Assembly (NCBI GenBank): GCA_050633305.1
Contig: JBOEGF010000027.1
Coordinates: 1 to 31,349, forward strand
Length of the DNA: 31,349 bases
Source: Nannocystales bacterium
GTDB taxonomy: Bacteria; Myxococcota_A; Polyangia; Nannocystales; Nannocystaceae
Reading direction: 5' to 3'
The position numbers and the translations under genes were made by a program. Shown here piece by piece: positions 9,249 through 17,217 of this stretch. Below the pieces are notes generated by a model, which was given only the letters and a program-made list of their open reading frames with translations, ran no database searches and was not told the origin of the DNA. Each line of letters opens with the position of its first letter. The stretch's first letter is position 1.

Positions 9249-9286
9249 TGTTCAAGGTTTGCAAACAGTCATCGAAAGCTTGAACA
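9249..9286 (-). promoter_or_regulatory. putative operator upstream of the sigma gene
   Basis: AT-rich patch containing the inverted repeat TGTTCAAGGTTT / AAAGCTTGAACA (11/12 match). Minus-strand TTTGCA and TGAACA are spaced 11 bp apart, resembling CarH TnnACA repeats. Confidence 0.5.
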
Positions 9287-9314
9287 CAACCCCGCGACCA
9301 GGCCCAAACCCCCC

Positions 9315-10211
9315 TCAGGCGCTCAGAAACGCCTCGGTGGAGCCTTCGACACCGCGTTGTTCCGCGGGAGGAAACAGCTTCTTGCAGAGGTTCATCGCCC
9401 AAGCGACGAACTCTTCACGCCCCTCCACCGCAGGGACACACGTGAACATCGAGTCGCAGAGCGTCTGAAGTCGACCGAATGCGCGCACGTAGCCGAGCTC
9501 TTGCACGGCCGACGGTCGCCCATTCCGGGCATCTTGACCCACAGGCTTGCCGAGAGCGGATGCCGAGCCGACGAGATCGAGGATGTCGTCGGCAACCTGA
9601 TAGGCCTCACCCAACCTCGAACCGACCGGGAGCCATGCACCCGGATCTCCGCCGCCCGCGATCGCACCGACGCAAACCGCTGCCTCGAACAGCGCACCGG
9701 TCTTGGCGCGGTGGTACAGGCGCAGGTTTGGGGTTGGCTCGGACTCCCAGGCCTGGCCCGCAACGATGCCGCGCACAGCCCCGACCGAGCGTGCAACGGT
9801 CGCCAATAACGGCCCCAGAAGGGCGGGATGGCGGTCGCAGCCGCGTCCGATGACCTCAAACGCACCGGCGATGAGGGCGTCGCCGACAAGCACCGCGAGC
9901 GCCTCCCCATGTTCGACATGCACGGTGGGGCGGCCGCGACGCAGGTCCGCGTCGTCGAAGCAGGGCAGATCGTCGTGGACCAGCGACGCGCAGTGTAGAA
10001 ACTCGATGGATGCGGCCGCAGCGGCGGCGACTTCAGCGTTTCCGCGCCCGCACGCACTGGCGACGGCGAGCGCGAGACGGGGGCGGACACGTCCTCCTGC
10101 ACCGAACACGGCGTGCCGCATCGCGGCCTCGAGCCGCGGAGGCGTTGTCGGCCCGGTGATCCAAGAAAATGCGCGCTCTAGGGATGATTCGGCCTCAACG
10201 TCGCGAGCCAT
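9315..10211 (-). CDS. crtE: geranylgeranyl diphosphate synthase
   Basis: GGRVRP, first Asp-rich motif HCASLVHDDLPCFDDADLRRGRPT, GDAL, GQ, KTGALF, and second motif YQVADDILD...GKPVGQD. Start taken at the ATG at 10211. Confidence 0.93.
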   Translation of the reverse strand: MARDVEAESSLERAFSWITGPTTPPRLEAAMRHAVFGAGGRVRPRLALAVASACGRGNAEVAAAAAASIEFLHCASLVHDDLPCFDDADLRRGRPTVHVEHGEALAVLVGDALIAGAFEVIGRGCDRHPALLGPLLATVARSVGAVRGIVAGQAWESEPTPNLRLYHRAKTGALFEAAVCVGAIAGGGDPGAWLPVGSRLGEAYQVADDILDLVGSASALGKPVGQDARNGRPSAVQELGYVRAFGRLQTLCDSMFTCVPAVEGREEFVAWAMNLCKKLFPPAEQRGVEGSTEAFLSA

Positions 10212-10218
10212 GAACAGG

Positions 10219-10290
10219 AGTCTGGCGAACATCACAGGTTTGTCAATCCTTTCGCAAACTATGGACGCAAAGTTCATCATGCCCTACGCT
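10219..10290. promoter_or_regulatory. divergent crtE/crtD promoters with candidate CarH operator repeats
   Basis: Minus: TTGACA (10246-10241), 16 bp, CAGACT (10224-10219). Plus: TGGACG (10262-10267), 17 bp, TACGCT (10285-10290). Plus-strand TTGTCA, TTCGCA and TGGACG recur with an 11 bp period (10240, 10251, 10262). Confidence 0.6.
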
Positions 10291-10303
10291 TGGGCCACTA
10301 GAG

Positions 10304-11875
10304 ATGGCTAGCGTCGAAAACAACGGATCCGAAACCTTAGACACGGTCGTCGTGGGTGGGGGGATGGGCGGTCTCTCCGCCGCCCTGCGCATCGCCGGAG
10401 CCGGGGGTCGGGTCGCCGTCCTCGAACGCGGGTCGGAGGCTGGCGGCAAGATGCGGGTCGTTCGCTCAGCCAACCAGGAGATCGACGCTGGGCCCACGGT
10501 CCTCACGATGCGCCCGGTGTTTGAAGCCCTGTGGGCCGAAGCGGGCCTGGACTTCGCCGGGGCGGTTGTGACCCAGCCCCTGGAGGTCTTGGCCCGGCAC
10601 GCGTGGATGGACGGCTCCACCCTCGACCTCTTCTCCGCCCCCGAGCGCTCCGCCGAAGCCATCGCGGATTTTGCGGGCCCAGGCGAGGCCGATGCGTTCC
10701 GTGCCTTCCACAAGAATGCGAAGTCGATCTACGAGACGGTTCGCGCGCCGTTCATCGAAGCCGACACGCCCGGCATCATGGCGGGGCTGACCAACACCGG
10801 CCCGCGCGGGCTGTGGCAACTGATGAAGATCGATTGGCATCGATCGCTGTGGCGGACCCTGGGCAGCTACTTCAACGACCCGCGACTGCGTCAGCTCTTC
10901 GCCCGCTACGCGACGTACTACGGGTCCAACCCGTTCTCGGCCCCAGGAACCCTGTCCTTGATCGCCGCCGTCGAGCAAGCCGGCGTCTGGCGTGTCCAAG
11001 GCGGAATGATCGAGCTCGCCCGCGCGACCGCATCGGCGATCGAGACTCTCGGTGGGGAGGTTCATTGCAACACCGAGGTGGCGGAGATCGAGACGGACTC
11101 CAGCGGTGTGACCGGGGTCCGGTGCGCCGACGGCCGGCGATTCAAGTGCAAGACCGTGGTGTTCAACGGCTCACCAGCCGCCCTTTCCGCGGGTCTACTT
11201 GGAGGTGGAACGCGGCGTGCGGTCGCGGCCAAGCAACCGGAGCGGTCGCTGTCTGCGGTCACATTCTGCGGCGTCGGCAGGGCCGAGGGCTTCGAGCTGC
11301 AGTGGCACAACGTATTCTTCAGTGACGACTACCAGGCGGAGTTTGACGCGATCTTTCGGAAGGGTCGCATTCCACAACGGCCCACCACCTACATCTGCGC
11401 TCAGGATCGCGGAAGTCTTCACGAAGCGCGGGCCCAGGAGCGACTGCTTTGCCTGGTCAACGCACCCGCACGCGGCGACCAACGCGACTTCGACGAGGAG
11501 ATCGAGACATGCAAGACCAACATGATGCAGCTGCTGTCGCGCTGCGGCCTGGAGCTGACGATGGGGGACAGCATCGTGACCACGCCGTCGCAGTTCGCCT
11601 CGATGTTCCCGCAGACGGGGGGCGCCTTGTACGGACCCGCGACCCACGGCGCGGCCGCAGCCTTCGCCCGACCGGGCGCCAGCACGAAGATCCCGGGGCT
11701 CTACTTGGTCGGTGGGGATGCCCACCCCGGAGCGGGCGTCCCGATGGTGACGCTCGGAGGACGCATCGCAGCGGATCAGGTCTTCGACCACTTGGGTTTG
11801 ACGCGACCGTCCCTGCAAACGGGTATGCGTGGTGGTACGTCGATGCCGTCAGTGAGGACGGCGAATTCGCGCTGA
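10304..11875 (+). CDS. crtD: 1-hydroxycarotenoid 3,4-desaturase
   Basis: GGGMGGL FAD motif, DAGPTVLTM, DPRLRQLFARYATYYGS, RSLSAVT, HNVFFS, FPQTGGALYG and HPGAGVPM; adjacent to crtC. Confidence 0.88.
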   Translation: MASVENNGSETLDTVVVGGGMGGLSAALRIAGAGGRVAVLERGSEAGGKMRVVRSANQEIDAGPTVLTMRPVFEALWAEAGLDFAGAVVTQPLEVLARHAWMDGSTLDLFSAPERSAEAIADFAGPGEADAFRAFHKNAKSIYETVRAPFIEADTPGIMAGLTNTGPRGLWQLMKIDWHRSLWRTLGSYFNDPRLRQLFARYATYYGSNPFSAPGTLSLIAAVEQAGVWRVQGGMIELARATASAIETLGGEVHCNTEVAEIETDSSGVTGVRCADGRRFKCKTVVFNGSPAALSAGLLGGGTRRAVAAKQPERSLSAVTFCGVGRAEGFELQWHNVFFSDDYQAEFDAIFRKGRIPQRPTTYICAQDRGSLHEARAQERLLCLVNAPARGDQRDFDEEIETCKTNMMQLLSRCGLELTMGDSIVTTPSQFASMFPQTGGALYGPATHGAAAAFARPGASTKIPGLYLVGGDAHPGAGVPMVTLGGRIAADQVFDHLGLTRPSLQTGMRGGTSMPSVRTANSR

Positions 11876-12714
11876 CGCTGATCTTCTTCGTCGGCTCTGT
11901 CTTCTCTCCCACGTACTACAAGGCGCGGCAAAACCACGCCCACCCCGCCGCGGAGTCGGTGTGTGCCGTCAATGCAGTGCTCTATCGAAGACGCGGCAGC
12001 ACCTGGGCGTTGACAGAGGCTCGTCCGGAGTCCGTTCAGCGCACCGCCGACACGTTCGCGTTGTCAGGGTCCCGCATCGAACGCGACGGCGACTCGCTGG
12101 TGGTGCACCTCGACGAGCGCACCGCCCCGTGGGGACGGCCGCTGCGGGGACGCGTCCGCGTCGACATCGAGTACGGCGCACCGAGCCCCTTTCGCCTCGA
12201 TCGAGCGGGCGAGCACCACTGGTGGCCAATCGGCGCCCGCGCATCAGCAGAGGTCGAACTCGACATGCCTTCGGTTCGCTTTCGCGGGAGCGCTTACCAC
12301 GATTGCAACTTCGGTCAGGTGCCCCTGGAGGAGACCTTCGCGTCCTGGAACTGGTCGCGAGCCGACGTCGGAGACGACGTCTGCATTCTCTACGACGTTC
12401 AGGAGCGTAGTGGCGCCGGCACACCGCTCGGTCTGCGGCTGAGCCCCGGCGGTGTGGAGCCCCTGAACGCAGATGTGCAGACCCCCCTGCCCCGCGGTTT
12501 TTGGGGCATGGACGGCAGCACCCGCGCGCACGGACGAAGCAGCGTCATCCGCACGCTCGAGGACACCCCGTTCTATACCCGCTCGCTACTGCAAACGTCC
12601 TTCGACGGCCAGGAGTGCACGGCGATGCACGAGAGCCTCTCGATGACCCAGTTCGTCAGGCCGTGGGTACAGTTCCTGCTGCCATTCCGCATCCGCCGAG
12701 GTTGGAGGGCGTGA
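11509..12714 (+). CDS. crtC: carotenoid 1,2-hydratase (start uncertain; overlaps the crtD 3' end)
   Basis: GYAWWYVDAVSEDG, FVGSVFSPTY, HHWWPI, AYHDCNFGQVPLE, LEDTPFYTRS, MHESL. The nearest standard start upstream of the conserved core is the ATG at 11509, preceded by GAGGAG. Confidence 0.85.
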   Translation: MQDQHDAAAVALRPGADDGGQHRDHAVAVRLDVPADGGRLVRTRDPRRGRSLRPTGRQHEDPGALLGRWGCPPRSGRPDGDARRTHRSGSGLRPLGFDATVPANGYAWWYVDAVSEDGEFALTLIFFVGSVFSPTYYKARQNHAHPAAESVCAVNAVLYRRRGSTWALTEARPESVQRTADTFALSGSRIERDGDSLVVHLDERTAPWGRPLRGRVRVDIEYGAPSPFRLDRAGEHHWWPIGARASAEVELDMPSVRFRGSAYHDCNFGQVPLEETFASWNWSRADVGDDVCILYDVQERSGAGTPLGLRLSPGGVEPLNADVQTPLPRGFWGMDGSTRAHGRSSVIRTLEDTPFYTRSLLQTSFDGQECTAMHESLSMTQFVRPWVQFLLPFRIRRGWRA

Positions 12715-13883
12715 CCCCCATCGTTCAGTTCGCCACGGCAGGCATGACGGCATGGGTCGCCGCCTACGCCGGCACGTGCGGCGTCGCGCTCGCGCGTGCG
12801 GCTCGCTCGAAGGTCCCTGTTCCGACCGCGGGCGGCCCTGCTCCTTCGGTGCTGTTGGTGCGCCCATGCACCGGGGACGACGCCACACTCGAGCCCGCGT
12901 TGCGCTCGACCGCCGAGCTGCGCTACGGCGGCCCGCTCGAGATCCGTCTGTGCGTGGAGAGCCGCGACGACCCGGCGTGGGGGCCCGTCCGTCGAGCGGC
13001 GCGGTGGCTCCATGAGCAGGGCCACGATGCGAACGCGGTCGTCGCTCCCACGAAAGCCCTCAACCGAAAGGTTGGACAACTCGCCGAGGTCACACGCGAC
13101 GCGGAACACGACATCGTGGTCTGCGTAGACGCGGACGTAGACCTCAGCGGGTTTGGCCTGGAGCGCCTGCTCGCGCCGCTGGACAGCGACGCCGTCGCGG
13201 CAGTCTGGGCGCCTCCGGTCGAGGTCGGTGCGCTTCAAGGCCTGGGCGATCGAGCCTCCGCGGCCGTGCTCGGAGCATCGCTCCACGCGTTCAACCTGCT
13301 CGGGGAACTCGACCCGAGCGGACTTGTGGGCAAGACGTTCGCGGTCCGGTCCGACGCCCTGTGCGAGATCGGTGGCTTTGATGGGCTGAGCGAACACCTC
13401 GGCGAAGACATGGAGCTGGCACGACGCCTGCGTGAACAGGGCCGGACCACCACAATGCTTCGCAGCCCGGTTCGTGCCATCGCGAGCGCACGCTCGATGG
13501 GGGGGGTACTGGCTCGCTACACCCGCTGGCTGTGGGTCATTCGGGCGCAGCGTCCGGCACTGCTTCTGAGCTACCCACTGTTGCTCGCCGCGGCTCCGAT
13601 GTTACTCGGACTCTTGGCGCTCCTGGCAGTGCTCGCCCCGCTATGGTCTCTGGGCCTTGGTGCTCTCGTCTTGTTCACACGAATTGCGGTCGCGCTGGCT
13701 GCCGCGGCCCCCCGCGGCCGCAGGGTTGCAGCGGTGACACACGAATGGCTGTTGGCCGACGTCGTCCTTCTGCTGGCGTTCGCTCGCGCGCTGGGTAAGC
13801 CGAGGGTCTCGTGGCGCGACCGAACGCTACGGCTCGGACCCGGAGGGCGCCTGCGCGCTGTCGACGGGTCGCTCGGAGGGTAG
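12711..13883 (+). CDS. GT2-family glycosyltransferase (ceramide glucosyltransferase/HpnI-like), probable carotenoid glycosyltransferase
   Basis: GTG at 12711 overlaps the crtC stop (GTGA) and follows GGAGG; motifs LVRPCTG, NRKVGQL, VDADV (DxD), GEDMEL and RYTRW; hydrophobic C-terminus. Confidence 0.8.
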   Translation: MTPIVQFATAGMTAWVAAYAGTCGVALARAARSKVPVPTAGGPAPSVLLVRPCTGDDATLEPALRSTAELRYGGPLEIRLCVESRDDPAWGPVRRAARWLHEQGHDANAVVAPTKALNRKVGQLAEVTRDAEHDIVVCVDADVDLSGFGLERLLAPLDSDAVAAVWAPPVEVGALQGLGDRASAAVLGASLHAFNLLGELDPSGLVGKTFAVRSDALCEIGGFDGLSEHLGEDMELARRLREQGRTTTMLRSPVRAIASARSMGGVLARYTRWLWVIRAQRPALLLSYPLLLAAAPMLLGLLALLAVLAPLWSLGLGALVLFTRIAVALAAAAPRGRRVAAVTHEWLLADVVLLLAFARALGKPRVSWRDRTLRLGPGGRLRAVDGSLGG

Positions 13884-14633
13884 CGCGATGCGACGCCTGG
13901 CCTGTTGTGGCGCAAGCCACCCGGCAAAGCGATCCAGACACGCGGTCGCCCAGCGAGACACAGCGGTCGGCTTTCGCTCGAAGATTGTCGAGAATCCCTG
14001 GTCCCGTGACTCGACCTGGAGGTTGATGCGGTGACGCTCCGCTTCGACCGCCTCCTCCTGTGACTCCCGGTTGGCCCCGCCCTGCACAGACATCGGCTCC
14101 CCCACCGAGATGTAGACGTGCGGCTGCTCCTCCCGCTCGAACACATACGCGAACGCAACCGGTATCACCGGGACGCTCTCGGCTCGTCTCGCGATGCCGG
14201 CCGCGCCAGGCATGAAACGCAGGGGTACATGGGCGGGCTGCTCCGCGCCCTGCGGAAAGATCCACAGAACCGTATTACGGAGCTTCAACAGGTCGAGGGA
14301 GTAACGCGCCGCACGGGCTCCGTCTCGGCGGGACGACAGGTCGACGCCAAAGCAACCGATCCAGCGGAAGAACCGGAACCGCTTCAGGTTCGAGGCGTCC
14401 ATCATTCCGTAGGCGGCAGAGTTCGGGAGTTCGCTCTGTGAGAGCCACAACGCCAGCAAAGAGTCCCACCACGAGCTGTGGTTGGCGATGACCACAACCG
14501 GCGAATCCGCGGCCGCCTCGCGCAACGTGTTCAATCCGCGGACATGCACGGCGGCGAAGCTCGAGCGGATCCTTCGCGTGGCGTGGCGTCGAAACCAGCG
14601 TGCGAACGGCCGCCAGCGGACCGCCTCGATCAC
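13827..14633 (-). CDS. PlsC-family acyltransferase, probable carotenoid-glycoside acyltransferase
   Basis: NHSSWWD (HxxxxD) and IFPQG motifs; GTG at 14633 overlaps the crtB stop (GTGA). Confidence 0.83.
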   Translation of the reverse strand: MIEAVRWRPFARWFRRHATRRIRSSFAAVHVRGLNTLREAAADSPVVVIANHSSWWDSLLALWLSQSELPNSAAYGMMDASNLKRFRFFRWIGCFGVDLSSRRDGARAARYSLDLLKLRNTVLWIFPQGAEQPAHVPLRFMPGAAGIARRAESVPVIPVAFAYVFEREEQPHVYISVGEPMSVQGGANRESQEEAVEAERHRINLQVESRDQGFSTIFERKPTAVSRWATACLDRFAGWLAPQQARRRIALPSERPVDSAQAPSGSEP

Positions 14634-15562
14634 GGCAGCAAGAACTCCACCTCGGGCAACGGCGCGGCATCCAGCCCAAGCTCGGGGTCCTGGCTCTGCC
14701 ACCACGATCGCGTCAGCAGCCACAGTTTTCGCGGCAGCCCCACCCGTGCCCGGCCCGAGACCGAGTCGAACTCGCGCTGTCGAACCACACGCCCGATGTC
14801 GGCGTAGATGAGGCCTGCCGCGCGAATCGCCGGCCGACAGTCCGAGGGCAGCGCCCCGACGCCCGGTCGCGAACGCGCGTAGAGCCGGGCGGCCTCGTCG
14901 AGCAGCCTCTCGGTGGCGCCTGCCACTGCGGGCCCGAACGTCGGGTCGCCCAACCATGCCTGCGGATCGAGGCCGCCCTCTTCGAGCCAATCCTCGGGGA
15001 CATAGATACGACCGCGGTGCGCATCTTCTCCGACGTCTCGGCAGATGTTGGTCAGCTGCATCGCGGCCCCCAGCTCGCAGGCCCTGGCCAACGTGTCCCG
15101 ATCTCGCACGCCCATCAGATAGGTCATGACGACCCCGACCGCGGACGCCACACGAGCCGCGTAGGCCAACACATCCGAGAGCGTCCGGTAACGCCGCTCC
15201 TGAGCATCCCATTCGAACCCCTCCAGCAGCGCCGAGAACGGGGCCTTGGGCATGTCATGGCGATGCACCACCCGCGCCAACGCCCGGTCGACGGGGTCTG
15301 CCTCGGGCTGATTGCCGAAGATGCGATCGAGCCGAATGTGGAGCCTCTCGACGGCACGCCCCGGGTCCCCACTGTCGTCGACCGCATCATCGGCGACCCT
15401 GCAAAAAGCATAGAAGGTGGCTGCATCGTCCCGCATCCGTCGCGGCAGAAGCCACGAGGCTGCAGAGAAGCTCTTGCTGCCCTTGGCGAGCAGAGCCTTG
15501 CAGACGGCGAGGTCCGACGCGGCGTCAGACGACACCGCCAGGGCCGTCGACTCAGGCGGCAT
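14630..15562 (-). CDS. crtB: phytoene synthase
   Basis: GSKSFSAAS, YAFCRVADDAVD, YAARVASAVG, LGAAMQLTNICRDVGEDAHRGRIYVP. Confidence 0.95.
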   Translation of the reverse strand: MPPESTALAVSSDAASDLAVCKALLAKGSKSFSAASWLLPRRMRDDAATFYAFCRVADDAVDDSGDPGRAVERLHIRLDRIFGNQPEADPVDRALARVVHRHDMPKAPFSALLEGFEWDAQERRYRTLSDVLAYAARVASAVGVVMTYLMGVRDRDTLARACELGAAMQLTNICRDVGEDAHRGRIYVPEDWLEEGGLDPQAWLGDPTFGPAVAGATERLLDEAARLYARSRPGVGALPSDCRPAIRAAGLIYADIGRVVRQREFDSVSGRARVGLPRKLWLLTRSWWQSQDPELGLDAAPLPEVEFLLP

Positions 15563-17135
15563 CGTGTTTCTTGCCGGGGGTGAGTTTTGCCTGTGCGGGC
15601 GTCGAAAGAGCCTCCGGACGGCTCAAGGGAAGATCGGGGAGCACACGCTCGAGCACCTTCGCCGAAGAAAGCACGCCAGGAACACCGGCGCCCGGGTGCG
15701 TCCCCGCGCCGACGAGGAACAGATTCTCGATGTCTTCGCAGACGTTGTGGGGCCGGAAGTACGCGCTCTGCAGCAAGACCGGCTCCATACCGAAGGCAGC
15801 GCCCTTGACCGACAACAGATCGTCGCGGAACCCCTGCGGAGTGAGGCAGCGCGACGTGACGATCGACTCGCTCAGGCCCGGCATGATGGTGGACTCCAAA
15901 TGCGCTTCGATCTTCTTGCGATAGCGCTCGGTCTCCACCTCCCAATCCACGTCCGCGTCGAGGTGCGGGACCGGAGACAGCACGTAGAACCCGTCACATC
16001 CGTCGGGGGCCAAGGAAGGATCGGTCGCGGTCGGACGATGCAGATACAGGCTGAAGTCCTCAGACAAGGTCTTGTTCTTGAAAATGTCCGTGAGCAGCGG
16101 CTTGTAGCGGGGCCCGAGCATGATCGTGTGGTGCGCGACGTCGTCGTACTTCTTGTCCGTGCCGAAGTACCAGACGAACAGGCTCATCGAGAACCGGGCC
16201 TTGTCCACCTTCTCGTCCGTCCATCGCTTGCGGTGCGTGGAGTTGATCAGCTTCTTGTAGGTCCACGCGGAGTCAGCATTGGAAACGACGAGGTCCGCAT
16301 CGATCTCGCGGCCGTCCTCCATCGTCACGCCCACCGCCTTACCGTCTTCCACGCGAATCTCCTCGACAGTCTGTCCGGTGACGACGGTGTTTCCCTGTCC
16401 CTCGATGAGACCCACGAGGCCCTTGACCAGGGAACCGGTGCCACCCATCGGGAACCATACGCCCCACTTTCGTTCGAGGTGGCAGATGAGGGAGTAGATC
16501 GATGTCGTCTCGAAGGGGTTTCCGCCGACCAGCAGCGGGTGGAAGCTCAGGACCTGACGCACCTCGTGGCTCTTCACATAGGACGCCACAAGGCCCCACA
16601 CGGTCCGGTAGCTCTTGAGCTTGACCATGTCCGGGGCGATCTTCGCCATGTCCCACCAGCTGGAGAAGGGCTCGAACGAGAGGCGCTCGAAGCCGACCTC
16701 GAAGATCTTTCGGCTCATCTCGTAGAACCTGTCGTAACCTTCGACGTCGTCCGGATTGAACTTGGCGACCTGCTCGCGCATGGCATCGCCATCGCCCGTG
16801 TAGTCAAACGTTTGTCCGTCATTGAACCGAATCCGATAGAACGGCGCCACGGGGCGAAGCTCGATGTCGTCGCTGAGCTTCTTCCCGCACAGCTCCCAGA
16901 GTTCCTCGAAGAGGAACGGGGCCGTGATGACGGTGGGGCCGCCGTCGAACGTGAAGCCATCCTGGCGATAGACATAGGCTCGACCTCCGGGCTGGTCGCG
17001 ACGCTCCAGCACGGTCACGCGCCATCCACGCGCGCCCAGTCGGATCGCAGCTGCCAGGCCCCCAAAGCCGCTGCCGATGACCACTGCGTGGGGTTGGTCG
17101 GACTTGGAGGAGACGGAGGCAGGTGAGGCGTTCAT
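15552..17135 (-). CDS. crtI: phytoene desaturase
   Basis: VVIGSGFGGL, GFTFDGGPTVIT, FHPLLVGGNP, SMSLFVWYFG, LYLHRPTATD and GAGTHPGAGVPGVLSSA. Start taken at the ATG at 17135. Confidence 0.95.
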   Translation of the reverse strand: MNASPASVSSKSDQPHAVVIGSGFGGLAAAIRLGARGWRVTVLERRDQPGGRAYVYRQDGFTFDGGPTVITAPFLFEELWELCGKKLSDDIELRPVAPFYRIRFNDGQTFDYTGDGDAMREQVAKFNPDDVEGYDRFYEMSRKIFEVGFERLSFEPFSSWWDMAKIAPDMVKLKSYRTVWGLVASYVKSHEVRQVLSFHPLLVGGNPFETTSIYSLICHLERKWGVWFPMGGTGSLVKGLVGLIEGQGNTVVTGQTVEEIRVEDGKAVGVTMEDGREIDADLVVSNADSAWTYKKLINSTHRKRWTDEKVDKARFSMSLFVWYFGTDKKYDDVAHHTIMLGPRYKPLLTDIFKNKTLSEDFSLYLHRPTATDPSLAPDGCDGFYVLSPVPHLDADVDWEVETERYRKKIEAHLESTIMPGLSESIVTSRCLTPQGFRDDLLSVKGAAFGMEPVLLQSAYFRPHNVCEDIENLFLVGAGTHPGAGVPGVLSSAKVLERVLPDLPLSRPEALSTPAQAKLTPGKKHDAA

Positions 17136-17143
17136 CGATGGCC

Positions 17144-17193
17144 AGTATAACTTTGACCAAAGGTTTGACAATGAACCTTGTACAAATCAGACT
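17144..17193. promoter_or_regulatory. overlapping divergent crtI/carH promoters; candidate CarH operator
   Basis: Minus: TTGTCA (17171-17166), 16 bp, TATACT (17149-17144). Plus: TTGACA (17165-17170), 17 bp, CAGACT (17188-17193). Also contains TGACCA, TTGACA and TGTACA TnnACA-like sites in an AT-rich patch. Confidence 0.6.
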
Positions 17194-17217
17194 CACAACA
17201 CGCCGGAAGAGACTCCC

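Noticed and set aside
15417..17126. 569 aa plus-strand ORF, and similar long antisense ORFs at 23602-25332, 29040-30704 and 25463-26497
   Set aside because: Each mirrors a well-supported gene (crtI, alaS, pilB, pilT). Stop codons are scarce in these frames at this GC content and no domains are recognisable.
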